Shown one piece after another: positions 27,648-38,387 of a stretch of 64,000 nt of DNA; the first letter of the stretch is position 1; every line of letters begins with the position of its first letter. The notes under the pieces are model-generated. The model was not told where the DNA came from. It worked only from the letters and a program-made list of their open reading frames with translations, and made no database searches. The translations under genes were made by a program, and so were the position numbers. This DNA is from Arcobacteraceae bacterium (GTDB taxonomy: Bacteria > Campylobacterota > Campylobacteria > Campylobacterales > Arcobacteraceae), in the NCBI GenBank assembly GCA_965242915.1, contig CBDETN010000028.1, positions 230,518-294,517 of the forward strand. Direction: 5' to 3'.

Positions 27648-28396
27648 TGGAACTTTATAACCAATTTTTAAAGCAACTTGTAATGTGGCAATATGAATTA
27701 AATAGTTATATATCTACAACTATAAGAAGTTTAAATGATGAGAATAATTTAAGTACATCATTACTTATTTTAGGAATTGCATTTGCTTATGGAGTGATAC
27801 ATGCAGCAGGCCCAGGGCATGGTAAAGCTTTAGTCGCATTTTATTTTACTACAAATAGTACAAAAAGTAATTATAAAAAAGCATTCAAGATGGGATATAT
27901 GATATCTATTATTCATGCTGTCTCTGCACTTATATTTACATTTGGAATATTTTTTGTACTTAAAACTATGTTTAGAAAGAATTTTAATGAATTTTCTTCT
28001 ATAGCTATGCAAATATCTGCTGTTATGATTATGGCAATTGGACTTTATCTAATATTCGAAGCTTATAAAAATAGAAAAGCAAAAGAAAAGAATATAAAAG
28101 TACAAAAAAAAAGTGAATATGCAGTTGCTTTTAGTGCAGGTATTGTTCCATGCCCTGGAGTTATGACGATAGTTTTATTTTGTATAGTTTTACAGCATTA
28201 TATTTTGGGAGTGTTGGCAGCTATATTTATGAGCATAGGGATGGGACTTACCATCTCACTTGCAGGTATATTTTCTATTGCTTTAAATAAAAAAAGTAAT
28301 AACTTTTTAACAAGTAAAGGTTATATTTTAGAGATGATTGGTGCTTTATTGATATTTAGTTTGGGAGTATTTTTATTTCTATCATTACAAAAATAG
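27647..28396 (+). CDS. NicO/RcnA-like nickel-cobalt-type metal transporter
   Basis: 6-TM protein with HAAGPGHGK signature. Start overlaps the DUF1007 stop (TAATG). Confidence 0.6.
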   Translation: MELYNQFLKQLVMWQYELNSYISTTIRSLNDENNLSTSLLILGIAFAYGVIHAAGPGHGKALVAFYFTTNSTKSNYKKAFKMGYMISIIHAVSALIFTFGIFFVLKTMFRKNFNEFSSIAMQISAVMIMAIGLYLIFEAYKNRKAKEKNIKVQKKSEYAVAFSAGIVPCPGVMTIVLFCIVLQHYILGVLAAIFMSIGMGLTISLAGIFSIALNKKSNNFLTSKGYILEMIGALLIFSLGVFLFLSLQK

Positions 28397-28408
28397 TGAT
28401 TTGTTAAT

Positions 28409-29824
28409 TTAACAAATCACTACAGACTTAATCTCTGTATATTCTTCAATAGCAAAAGCAGGACCTTCTTTTCCTATTCCGCTAAGTTTAGTTCCACCAT
28501 AAGGTTGTATATCAAATCGTAATGTTGGGATATCATTTATTACAACTCCACCGCAAGAAGCATCATATATAAAACTTTGAGTTTGTTTTAAATCATTTGT
28601 AAATATACTAAACTGCAACCCATAAGGGGAATTATTCATTTTTGATATTGCTTCATCATAGCTTTTTACTTTTATCAAGCTGACAATTGGTGCAAAAACT
28701 TCTTCACAAATTATTTTCATATCATCAGTAACTTGAGTCATTACTGTTGGATAAAAATTCAATTCCTCACTTTTATTCCCGGTTAAACATACAGCGCCCT
28801 CTTCTATCGCATTTTGTATCCAAGATTTTGCCCGTACTAAAGCCTCATCATTGATCAAAGGTCCGACAAAAGTATCATCTTCATAAGGACTTCCAACTTT
28901 TAATTTTTCAGTTTCAATTTTCATAGCAGCTGCAAACTCATCGTAAATCAACTCATCAACATAAATTCTTTGTAAGCTAATACAAACTTGCCCACTATTT
29001 ATAAATGCACCAAAGGCACATCTTGCGGCTGCTAATTTTATATCTGCACTTTTGTCTATAAAAGTTGCTGCATTTCCGCCTAATTCCAAAGCTACTTTTT
29101 TAATTCCTGCTGTTTTTGTAATAATATTCCCAACTTGAACTGAACCTGTAAAGCTAAGGACTCTTGGAATATCTGACTCAACCAAAGTACTTCCAACTTC
29201 AACATCACCGTAAACCACACTTAAAGCATCTTTGATAGCAAACTTACTTTCAATAAAAAGTTTGGCAAATTTATAAGCTGTCAAAGGAGCTTCGGGGGTT
29301 GGTTTTAAAACTACCGCATTTCCACTTACAAGAGCAGGGGCAATTTTATGAGCAACTAAATTTAACGGAAAATTAAAAGGTGTAATACAAGCAACAACGC
29401 CAACAGGTTCTCTAAACCAATAAGCTGTAGTTTTTTTACCACTTGGCATCGCATCTGTATTTATAGTCTCTCCATGAGAATTTATCATTGCTATATTGCT
29501 AAGTTTGATTGTTTCAATACAACGATCAACTTCAACTCTTGCAAAGGCAATTGGCTTACCAACCTCATCTGATATCGTTTGAGCAATATCTTCTTTATTT
29601 TTTGACAAATTCTTTACTACATCTTTAAGCCAATCTACCCTTTGTGCTATTGTTGAAGCTTTAGTATCTACACTGGCTTTTTGTGCTATTTTTAAAGCTT
29701 TTAAAGTATCTTCTTTTGTGCATATTGGATAAGAAGAAACCACTTTTTTCGAATAAGGATTAACAATATTTGTCAACTCTTCTCTTGACTCTTCATTAGT
29801 TCCAAAAAATATATTTGCTTTCAT
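28409..29824 (-). CDS. NAD(P)-dependent aldehyde dehydrogenase
   Basis: 471 aa. ELGGNA motif and catalytic Cys region GQVCISLQRIYV. Confidence 0.85.
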   Translation of the reverse strand: MKANIFFGTNEESREELTNIVNPYSKKVVSSYPICTKEDTLKALKIAQKASVDTKASTIAQRVDWLKDVVKNLSKNKEDIAQTISDEVGKPIAFARVEVDRCIETIKLSNIAMINSHGETINTDAMPSGKKTTAYWFREPVGVVACITPFNFPLNLVAHKIAPALVSGNAVVLKPTPEAPLTAYKFAKLFIESKFAIKDALSVVYGDVEVGSTLVESDIPRVLSFTGSVQVGNIITKTAGIKKVALELGGNAATFIDKSADIKLAAARCAFGAFINSGQVCISLQRIYVDELIYDEFAAAMKIETEKLKVGSPYEDDTFVGPLINDEALVRAKSWIQNAIEEGAVCLTGNKSEELNFYPTVMTQVTDDMKIICEEVFAPIVSLIKVKSYDEAISKMNNSPYGLQFSIFTNDLKQTQSFIYDASCGGVVINDIPTLRFDIQPYGGTKLSGIGKEGPAFAIEEYTEIKSVVIC

Positions 29825-29826
29825 TA

Positions 29827-30324
29827 TTAATGTACATAAATTCTTTGTGTAACATTTAAATATTCTAAAGGTTCTTTTGATTCTTTACAAACTTCCTGCC
29901 CCTTATACATAGCACAATTTTTATAACCCACAATAACTGTTTCTGTTATATATTCATAAACAGGATCACAACGAGTCACTTGATGATATGTTTTACATTT
30001 ATTACTGTTTCTATTCTGATTTGCCATATATGCTCCGCCTAATCCCCCGACTATTTTAGCAGCAGCTTTACCGCTACCTCTTCCTACTTGATGTCCTAGA
30101 ACTACACCAAGTGTTGCACCTATTAGAGTATCTATACCAATAGTATTAGTATCATGACTACCACAAGGTACCCATTGCTCAACCGTGTCTTCATAACACT
30201 TCTCACCTGTTTTAATTTTTTTTGTAAACGGTTTTGTTATGGCAGTCTGCTCCGTCACTTTTACCATCTCTGCATTTAAGAATGTACCTATTGCAAGCAC
30301 TGCAATTAAAAATCTAATTTTCAT
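29827..30324 (-). CDS. glycine-zipper lipoprotein
   Basis: Signal peptide, Gly-rich GATLGVVLGHQVGRGSG region. Confidence 0.5.
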   Translation of the reverse strand: MKIRFLIAVLAIGTFLNAEMVKVTEQTAITKPFTKKIKTGEKCYEDTVEQWVPCGSHDTNTIGIDTLIGATLGVVLGHQVGRGSGKAAAKIVGGLGGAYMANQNRNSNKCKTYHQVTRCDPVYEYITETVIVGYKNCAMYKGQEVCKESKEPLEYLNVTQRIYVH

Positions 30325-30461
30325 ATTATCTCCTTTAATCTATATTGGTATGATATCATATTTATTGTGAATTAATTGTGAAATAATCTTATTAATATTT
30401 TAAACTATATTTAGATAGAATATATCCTTATTATTGAATATTAGATTTAGGATAAATAAAA

Positions 30462-31382
30462 ATGAATAAAGCAAAATATATTTGGATGGATGGAGAACTA
30501 ACTCCTTGGGATGATGCAAAAGTACACGTATTAACCCATACATTACATTATGGAAACGGTGCTATTGAAGGTACAAAAGCATATAAAACACATGATGGCA
30601 GATGTGCTATTTTTAAACTTCAAGAGCATACGCAAAGACTTTTAGATTCATCTAAAATGACATTAATGGATGTACCTTTTACAGTAGAAGAGTTAAATGA
30701 CGCACAAGTTAAACTACTTCAAGAAAATGAACTTTTTGAGGGTGCATACATTAGACCGCTTGTATATTTAGGATATGGAGTTATGGGACTTTATCATAAA
30801 GATTGTCCGGTAAATGTATCTATTTCTGCTTGGGAATGGGGAGCATATTTAGGTGAAGATGGTCTTAAAAACGGTATTAGATTAAAAATATCTTCAATGA
30901 CAAGAGGTGGGAATACTTCTGGTATGGGAAAAGCAAAAGCTGTTGCAAATTATCTTAATTCTCAAATGGCAAAATTTGAAGCAGTTGAGGCTGGATATGA
31001 TGAAGCACTTTTAAGAGATGATCAAGGTTATATTGCAGAAGCCAGCGGAGCTTGTTTTTTTATGGTTGAAGATGGTAAATTAATCACTCCTCCAAATGAC
31101 AACTCGCTTAAGTCTATCACGCAAGCTACAGTTATAGAGTTAGCTGCTGATATGGGTATTGAAGTTGTTAGAAGAAGAATTACAAGAGAAGAAGTATATA
31201 TCTGTGATGAGTGTTTTTTAACTGGAACTGCTGCTGAAATTACACCTGTTAAAGATGTTGATGCTAGAAAAATCGGTTGTGGCTCACGAGGTTCGATAAC
31301 TGAAAAAATTCAATCTGCATATTTTGATGTAGTTGCAGGAAAAAATCCAAAATATATAAAACATTTAACATATATTAACTAA
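30462..31382 (+). CDS. ilvE: branched-chain amino acid aminotransferase
   Basis: 306 aa. N-terminal IWMDGELTPWDDAKVHVLTHTLHYG typical of IlvE. Confidence 0.9.
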   Translation: MNKAKYIWMDGELTPWDDAKVHVLTHTLHYGNGAIEGTKAYKTHDGRCAIFKLQEHTQRLLDSSKMTLMDVPFTVEELNDAQVKLLQENELFEGAYIRPLVYLGYGVMGLYHKDCPVNVSISAWEWGAYLGEDGLKNGIRLKISSMTRGGNTSGMGKAKAVANYLNSQMAKFEAVEAGYDEALLRDDQGYIAEASGACFFMVEDGKLITPPNDNSLKSITQATVIELAADMGIEVVRRRITREEVYICDECFLTGTAAEITPVKDVDARKIGCGSRGSITEKIQSAYFDVVAGKNPKYIKHLTYIN

Positions 31383-31456
31383 GTATAAAATTTAAGAAAA
31401 GATACAAGTACAATTTAATATTATTGCACTTAATTAAACAAATAAGGAAAAAACAG

Positions 31457-32545
31457 ATGCCAATCGATAACGATTATTTTAAAAAGAGACAAAAAGAAAG
31501 CAAGGGTTCAGGTGATAGCTCAGGTCAGAGTGGTGGTGGAGATTTTCAACCACCATTTGAAACTCCACAATTTTTCAAAAATTTTGGAAAACAATCAGGA
31601 ATAATATATGCAATAATACTTATTATTGTACTACTTGTAATGACTAAGCCGTTTGTAATCATCAATTCTGGTGAAGTAGGTATTAAAGTAACTACTGGTA
31701 AATATGAAACTGTACCGTTACAGCCTGGATTTCATCTATATCTTCCAGTGATTCAAAAAGTAATTATTGTTGATACAAAAGTTAGACTTATTAACTATAA
31801 AAGTATTGAAGATATGAGCGGTATGGGTACTGGTATTAAAATCAATCCAGCTATTAATATTCTTGATGCTCGTGGGCTTCCTGTTTCAATTGAATTAACT
31901 GTTCAATATAAACTTTTACCTCATGGAGCACCTACAACAATTGCAACTTGGGGATTGTCTTGGGAAGATAAGATTGTAAATCCGGTTGTAAGAAATATTG
32001 TAAGAAATGTTGTCGGTGGATTTAAAGCTGAAGAGTTACCAATGAGACGAAATGAGATAGCAGTCCTAATTGAAGATGGTATTAGAGCAGAGATTGAATC
32101 ACTTGAGGGAAGACCTGTATCAATTGAATCAGTTCAACTAAGAGAGATAGTTTTACCTTCTAAAATTAAAGACCAGATTGAAAAAGTACAAGTAGCTAAT
32201 CAAGAGAGTGAAAGAGTTAAATATGAAGTTTTAAGAGCCAAACAAGAAGCTCAAAAGAAAGCGGCACTAGCTCAAGGTGAGGCTGATAAAAATAGAATTG
32301 AAGCAAAAGGTCGTGCAGATGCTGTATCTATTGAATCTCAAGCACAAGCACAAGCAAATATTTTAATCTCTAAATCTTTAACAAATCAACTTTTACAATT
32401 AGAACAAATTAAAGTTCAAGGTAAGTTTAATGATGCATTAAGAGTTAATAAAGATGCTAAGATATTCTTAACTCCTGGCGGATCAACTCCAAATATTTGG
32501 GTTGATACAAAAGATAGATCAAGAGACAGTTCAATAAGCAGATAG
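31457..32545 (+). CDS. SPFH/Band-7 (prohibitin-like) membrane protein
   Basis: Start trimmed to ATG 31457 after AAGGAAAAAA RBS. One TM, SPFH core, C-terminal coiled coil. Confidence 0.75.
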   Translation: MPIDNDYFKKRQKESKGSGDSSGQSGGGDFQPPFETPQFFKNFGKQSGIIYAIILIIVLLVMTKPFVIINSGEVGIKVTTGKYETVPLQPGFHLYLPVIQKVIIVDTKVRLINYKSIEDMSGMGTGIKINPAINILDARGLPVSIELTVQYKLLPHGAPTTIATWGLSWEDKIVNPVVRNIVRNVVGGFKAEELPMRRNEIAVLIEDGIRAEIESLEGRPVSIESVQLREIVLPSKIKDQIEKVQVANQESERVKYEVLRAKQEAQKKAALAQGEADKNRIEAKGRADAVSIESQAQAQANILISKSLTNQLLQLEQIKVQGKFNDALRVNKDAKIFLTPGGSTPNIWVDTKDRSRDSSISR

Positions 32546-32609
32546 ATTTTTAGAGTACCCAATATTGGGTACTTTATAAAGTTTATTAGATAGAAGAAAG
32601 AAGATAGTT

Positions 32610-33287
32610 ATGACAAATATTATAGATACTGTTGATTGGTCTAAACAAGACGGTTTAGTTCCGGTAATCACTCAAGATGATACTACAAACGAAGTTTTAA
32701 TGCTTGCATATATGAATAAAGAAGCATTAGAACTTACACTAAAAACTTCGTATGCTCATTATTTTAGCAGAAGTAAACAACGACTTTGGAAAAAAGGTGA
32801 AAGCAGCGGACATACTCAGGCTATAAAATCCATAATGATGGATTGTGATAATGATACAATTTTATTAAAAATAGATCAAAAAGGTGTGGCATGTCATACC
32901 GGTAGGAAATCTTGTTTTTTTACAGATATTAAAACCGGTAAAAAAATAAGTGATGTAAAGATAGATACTACAAGTGCTTATGGTGTGATAGATACACTTT
33001 ATCATACAATACAAAGTAAAAAGAATGATGACCCTGAAAAATCATACACGGCTAAACTTTTGCAAGGTAAACAAAATTCTATGCTTAAAAAGATTGTTGA
33101 AGAAGCCGGTGAATTTACATTTGCAGTAAAGGACAATAATATAGAAGAGATTATCTATGAGGGTGCAGATTTAATGTATCATTGTTTAGTAGCTTTAAGT
33201 AGTCAAAATATCTCTCCCGATAGAATAAAACAGGAGTTATCAAAACGATTTGGACATGGCGGAATAGAGGAAAAAAATAATAGATAA
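32610..33287 (+). CDS. hisIE: bifunctional phosphoribosyl-AMP cyclohydrolase / phosphoribosyl-ATP pyrophosphatase
   Basis: 225 aa. HisI N-terminal (DGLVPVITQD..MLAYMN) and HisE C-terminal halves. Confidence 0.9.
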   Translation: MTNIIDTVDWSKQDGLVPVITQDDTTNEVLMLAYMNKEALELTLKTSYAHYFSRSKQRLWKKGESSGHTQAIKSIMMDCDNDTILLKIDQKGVACHTGRKSCFFTDIKTGKKISDVKIDTTSAYGVIDTLYHTIQSKKNDDPEKSYTAKLLQGKQNSMLKKIVEEAGEFTFAVKDNNIEEIIYEGADLMYHCLVALSSQNISPDRIKQELSKRFGHGGIEEKNNR

Positions 33288-33295
33288 TAAAATTT

Positions 33296-33344
33296 GAGAG
33301 TGTAAAATAAACTGTGTAAACCCACCAGTTTATTTTACACTCTC
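33296..33344. repeat. perfect 19-bp inverted repeat with 11-nt loop at the left island end
   Basis: GAGAGTGTAAAATAAACTG (33296-33314) and CAGTTTATTTTACACTCTC (33326-33344). Confidence 0.7.
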
Positions 33345-33625
33345 ATCTAATCCTTGTTTATATATACCCATAAATTACCTTTATATGGTATATATTATAC
33401 CTTTTTAGTGGTTTTAGGATGGTTAATTTTAGTGATTTTATTGCAGAATATTTTATATAAATTGAGATTGAGTTCTTTCACAGTCTCGGAGGAGAGAAAC
33501 GAGTGTAAACTGCCGATAATTTGAGCTTCTAAGTGTCGCATAAAGATACTTGAAAACCCAAATTATAAAGCTGTAATGCCCACATCGTTCCTCACCTTAG
33601 GCGTTATACAAAAAGGAAATTATAA

Positions 33626-34351
33626 ATGCATCAAGATTTAGCAAATTCAATTTTTAGAATTGAATGCGGAACAAGTTCAGGTACAGGATTTAGTTTTATT
33701 AAAGATACTATTATCGTCACTAATCATCATGTAATAGAATCTAAGATTACTGAAGGAGTATCAATATATGCAATAACTGAATGTGGAAAGATACTTAGAA
33801 CTAAATTACTTACATATTCTGATAAATCAAAATATGACTTTGCTATTCTTGAACTTACTGATTTATTACCTGAGGGAAGAACAATATTACACCCGCAAAG
33901 TAATATTAGTATAACTAGAGGTGAAAAAACTTTATTTGGAGGATTTCCTCATGGCATTCATGATTTATTAATTCATGAAGCTATAATTTCGGGATATGTT
34001 GAAAAACATGCATTTTACTTAGATGGCTCAGTAAATGGTGGTAATTCTGGAGGACCTATTATTAATAATAAAGGTGAACTTATTGGAATAATTACTCAAA
34101 GAAGATTTCTTGGTGGACATTCATTACAAAAATTAGGTCAACAAGTCTCAATATTAGCTTTACAATGTAATAATATTGCAAACAGAGGTTCTGCTAATAT
34201 TATGGGAATTGATTTTGGTCAGTTTGCAGGTTTGGTAGCACAAGGATTAAGTGCATTATCTCAAGTAATTGAATCAAATGCAAATGTAGGAATTGGTATT
34301 GGATTTAAAATTCAATATGTAAATGATGCATACAATAAACTTAAAAACTAG
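33626..34351 (+). CDS. trypsin-like (S1/chymotrypsin-fold) serine protease without signal peptide
   Basis: 241 aa. Catalytic His (TNHHV), Asp (DFAIL), Ser (GNSGGP). No N-terminal signal peptide, so probably cytoplasmic. Confidence 0.7.
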   Translation: MHQDLANSIFRIECGTSSGTGFSFIKDTIIVTNHHVIESKITEGVSIYAITECGKILRTKLLTYSDKSKYDFAILELTDLLPEGRTILHPQSNISITRGEKTLFGGFPHGIHDLLIHEAIISGYVEKHAFYLDGSVNGGNSGGPIINNKGELIGIITQRRFLGGHSLQKLGQQVSILALQCNNIANRGSANIMGIDFGQFAGLVAQGLSALSQVIESNANVGIGIGFKIQYVNDAYNKLKN

Positions 34352-34680
34352 CAGATTTAACAAATTTAAGCACTAGAACTATTCAAAGAATAGAAAAAGA
34401 TGATAATGCAAGTTTAGAATCATTAAATTTATTAGCTTCAACTTTTAAATTAGATATTAAAGAATTACAAGAAAGATTAAAAAATAAAGACAATCAAACA
34501 ACAAATCAAAATGAAACTAAAAAAGATAAAAAAATAGTAATTTTTATCTTAGTTAATTTAATGTTATTTATAATAAATATGATAACAAGTACAGAACACT
34601 TATGGTTCATATACCCACTTCTTGGATGGGGAATACCATTATTTTATAAGAAATACAAAGAACAAAATAATCTAGCATAG
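34345..34680 (+). pseudogene. 5'-truncated XRE-type HTH plus 2-TM protein gene
   Basis: ORF opens without a start codon and overlaps the protease stop. Encodes ..LADLTNLSTRTIQRIEKDD.. (helices 2-3 of an HTH), then two TM helices. First helix and start are missing. Confidence 0.5.
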
Positions 34681-34831
34681 ATGAAGTCATATAACAAAAT
34701 GTTGGAAAAAAAACAAGGTTACCCTGCGATTATTTAAGCTTTTATATTGTAAAGTAACTTAAATAATAGTTTGAACTTCAAAGTATTTATACCACCTTGT
34801 TTTTCAACTCAAACGTTATATCAAAGGAGAA

Positions 34832-35449
34832 ATGAACATGGATGGTTATTTACTATTTTCAGTTATTGCAATTGCAACAATATTAAGTCCAGGTCCTGGA
34901 GTATTATTAACATTAACAAATTCCATAAGATATGGGGTACCAGGTGCAGTTGGTGGAATATTTGGAATTGCTTTTGGAACATTCATTGTTGCAGGAGTAA
35001 GTGCCACAAGTGTTGGTGTTATATTAGCAACATCAACTATTGCATTCACAATAATGAAATATATTGGAGCAATGTATCTAATTTATTTAGGTATTAAATT
35101 ATGGAACTCTCCAACTCCTCAAATGGATACTGAAAATAAAACAACAAAAAATATAAAAATACAATTTTTGGAAGGTATTACTTTACAGGTAACAAATCCA
35201 AAAGCAGTATTCTTTTTTATGTCAATTTTTCCACAATTTATTAATTATTCATCTGAATTTATTGGTCAATTTATATTATTAGTTATTACATACAGTAGTC
35301 TAGTTTTAATAATTCATTTTATGTATGCACATTTAGCAAAGAAAGCCAGAAACTGGCTTTCATCACCAAAAGGTGGTAAAATTGTAAATCGAGCAGGTGG
35401 AGGAACGTTTATGTTCTTTGGAGTTGGTCTTGCAACGGCAAATAAATAA
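34832..35449 (+). CDS. LysE/RhtB-family amino-acid exporter
   Basis: 205 aa, 6 TM, N-terminal SPGPGVLLTL motif. Confidence 0.8.
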   Translation: MNMDGYLLFSVIAIATILSPGPGVLLTLTNSIRYGVPGAVGGIFGIAFGTFIVAGVSATSVGVILATSTIAFTIMKYIGAMYLIYLGIKLWNSPTPQMDTENKTTKNIKIQFLEGITLQVTNPKAVFFFMSIFPQFINYSSEFIGQFILLVITYSSLVLIIHFMYAHLAKKARNWLSSPKGGKIVNRAGGGTFMFFGVGLATANK

Positions 35450-35516
35450 GATATAACAAAGCGTTCAGACTGTGAATTTAGTCCCAAACAGGCTAATTCT
35501 ACAGTCATTTTTACAG

Positions 35517-36274
35517 TTAATTTTTTAAATATTTTAGATTTTTTCTATAATTTTCCAAAAATAAAAATATTTGTAAAAAATAGACTAAATAAAGCCCAAA
35601 CAACAAGATATATTCTTCTATATCTTGTCTTATCTGGGTTAAATCTTTATTTTTAATGGCTGAACACAGTTTTTTGAATAAAGCTATCCCTATAAGGTTT
35701 AATAGTCTTCTAAAATTGTATGTAAACATGATGAGTGCATTTTCACCAAGCACTTTTTCTTTAGAACGGACTAGAAAGTGATCCCAACATAATGTTCTTT
35801 TTATAGTACCAAATGGATGTTCAACTATTACTAAAGAAAGTTTGCTGCGCAACCGCTATTCGCTACTTTTGAGCCTCTTTTTTTAACTATATCTTTTGCT
35901 TTTTGAGTATTCATTTTAACAGTATAGTCATCTATGATACTTTCATGCTCCCATCTATACATTTGTTTATAGTTTGTTTTATCTGATAAGCAAGATGATT
36001 TTAAAGGGCAAGATTTACATATAATACTAGATAATCTATATACATCTAACATTCTATTGTTTCTTTGATATTGAGTTTTACTATTTGCTAATATCTGATT
36101 GTTTGGGCAGATGTAACAATCATTGTCATGATTATAAGTAAATTGATTTTTTGAGAACTTTGCATTTTTGATTTTCTTTTTGGTCGCTGTATTTCGTAAA
36201 GGTACTATTGTTTCAATATTATCATCTACGCACTTTTTAATCTCAACGGAACTGTAGTAACCTACAAATATCAC
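35517..36274 (-). pseudogene. IS1182-family transposase, C-terminal half, frameshifted and truncated by the IS21 insertion
   Basis: Two overlapping ORFs. The C-terminal VEHPFGTIKRTLCWDHF motif is typical of IS1182/IS5-type transposases. The upstream reading frame ends exactly at the IS21 left end. Confidence 0.55.
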
Positions 36275-36361
36275 TCAACAAAGACACCGTATCACAAACA
36301 CTTGGACACTTGCAAATTTGAAATATTCTCTAACAACATTTTAGCATAAAGTGTCCAAGTG

Positions 36362-37102
36362 TTAATTTATTTTTGACATAATTTTTCTCATTGATGTACC
36401 TTTTAGTTCAACTCTATGTGAAGAATGTACAATCCTATCTAATATTGCATCAGCAACAGTATCATTATTTAAATAATCATACCACTGTGATACAGGAAGT
36501 TGAGAGGTGAGAATTATTGATGATAAGTCAACTCTACTTTCTATAATTTCTAATAAATTTGTAGCATCATCAGCTGATAATGGATTTATTCCAAAGTCAT
36601 CTAAAATAAGAATACTATATTTGCTAAGTTTTCGTAAGAAATTTGTATATGTTCCATCTGCTCTTGCGATTGATATATCTTCAAGTATTGTAGGAACTCT
36701 AATATAATAAGCTTTAAATCCATCCATGATAGAACGATTAGCTAGTGCTTGTGCGAGATAAGATTTACCAGTTCCTGTTTTACCTGTAATGATAATATTT
36801 TGATAATTTCTTATAAAGTCCATATTTGCTAATCCTAAAATTTGTTCTTTATTTAAACCTCTTGTTTGCTTATAAACTAAATCTTCTAAAGTTGCTTGCT
36901 TATCTTTTATTTTTGATATATTAAAATTAAGTTTAATCCTTCTGTTGTGCTGATGTATCTCTTGGGATTCAAGTAGGTTATAGAGTTTCTCATTAAATGA
37001 TAATTTATCATAATTTCTATCTTCAATTTGTCGTAAGTATGCTGTTTTAAAGCCTTCTAATTTTAATTCACTCATTTTATTTGTTACTGTTTCTTGGTTC
37101 AT
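36362..37102 (-). CDS. istB: IS21-family helper ATPase IstB
   Basis: 246 aa. Walker A GKTGTGKS, DnaC-like. Confidence 0.85.
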   Translation of the reverse strand: MNQETVTNKMSELKLEGFKTAYLRQIEDRNYDKLSFNEKLYNLLESQEIHQHNRRIKLNFNISKIKDKQATLEDLVYKQTRGLNKEQILGLANMDFIRNYQNIIITGKTGTGKSYLAQALANRSIMDGFKAYYIRVPTILEDISIARADGTYTNFLRKLSKYSILILDDFGINPLSADDATNLLEIIESRVDLSSIILTSQLPVSQWYDYLNNDTVADAILDRIVHSSHRVELKGTSMRKIMSKIN

Positions 37103-37117
37103 TTTTTTCTATCCTTT

Positions 37118-38183
37118 TTATTTATATTCTGTATTACCACGAATATTACTGTGGTTATTTTGTGCTATATTTATAATATTATTAGCAGGCTTTTTATAAT
37201 AAAGCTTTTTTGATAATATTGATTTTATAGATGCAACTGTAGTGGCATTAATACTCATTGCATATCCTAAAGCTAAATCAACTTCATATTTTTCATATTG
37301 TTTTGCCAATGAAAGAATGGCATTTAGTTTTCTGTATGCATATGATGGAAATTGCTCTTGTTCTAATTTCATCTTTGTAAACTCTACAGTTTGAACCCCT
37401 ATACTTTTTGCCCAGTTTAAATATCTTCCAGGATTAAACTTCGCATCTTGATATTGATGATTTTCAGGTTGGTGCTCTTTAATAGTTGAATATTCACTAT
37501 CATAATATCTTGGATGTGTGGCAATTAGCTTTGATTTATGATAAATCTCAACTGTAGATGTTGAGTATCTATTTAATCGTTTCATCACTTTTGCATTGTA
37601 TATATCAAGCAATGGAGATATAGCATCATTAAGTTCTTCAACATCAAAGAATTTTCTATGCCGAAGAACGGCTAATATCCATCTTTGAATTGCTTGAACT
37701 CCTTGTTCTGCTTTTGCTTTATCTTTTGGTTTATATGGTCTTGCTGGTTCAATTACACACCCATAATGATTTGCCATTGCTTTATAACTTTCATTTAAAA
37801 CAATCCCATTACATATGTATAACCTGATACTCCTAATATTGTTACAAATATTTGAGCTTTTGAAATAACTTCTGTTTTGCTATTATAAATTGGAACAGTA
37901 ACACCACTATAATCTACAAATAATTTTTTCACCATTTAGATGTATTTGTCTCATTGATGGGTTTAATTTCTTTATCGATATATTCAACATCAGGTTTAGG
38001 TCTTGAAGATTGCTTGTGTAATATAGTTTGTTCAGGGAAAAGCATTTTATACATAATATCTTCATCATGCAATAAAAAATCTTCCAGTTTATCTGGTAAT
38101 ATCTCAAATCTTCTACAATATTCAGCTGCAGCAGATCTAGATACACCAAGACTCTTTGCTATTCTCCTATATGAGAAATCCAT
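37118..38183 (-). pseudogene. istA: IS21-family transposase IstA, disrupted
   Basis: N-terminal HTH fragment (37929-38183) and DDE-core/C-terminal fragment (37118-37777) separated by a 150-nt gap in different frames. Confidence 0.6.
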
Positions 38184-38387
38184 TTGATACTTTAATTTTA
38201 GTATCTCTTTAATCTATTTCATTAAAACTCTCCTCATTGATACACTCCTAATATTTTTAGAAGTGTAGTTTAATATGGAGAATATCTCAAACTTAAATTA
38301 GTTTTAATCCAGCAAATAAACTTAATTTAAACTTTCCTATCACTTTTTCAACCAAAGTGTCCAGATAAAAAGTGATACGGTGTCTTT

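Noticed and set aside
33470-33625. Relatively GC-rich 150-nt non-coding stretch upstream of the protease gene (possible ncRNA or tRNA remnant)
   Set aside because: No tRNA-like T-arm (GGTTCGANTCC) or cloverleaf pairing is found. It contains a partial copy of the island inverted-repeat core (GAGTGTAAACTG). It is most likely IS-derived untranslated sequence.
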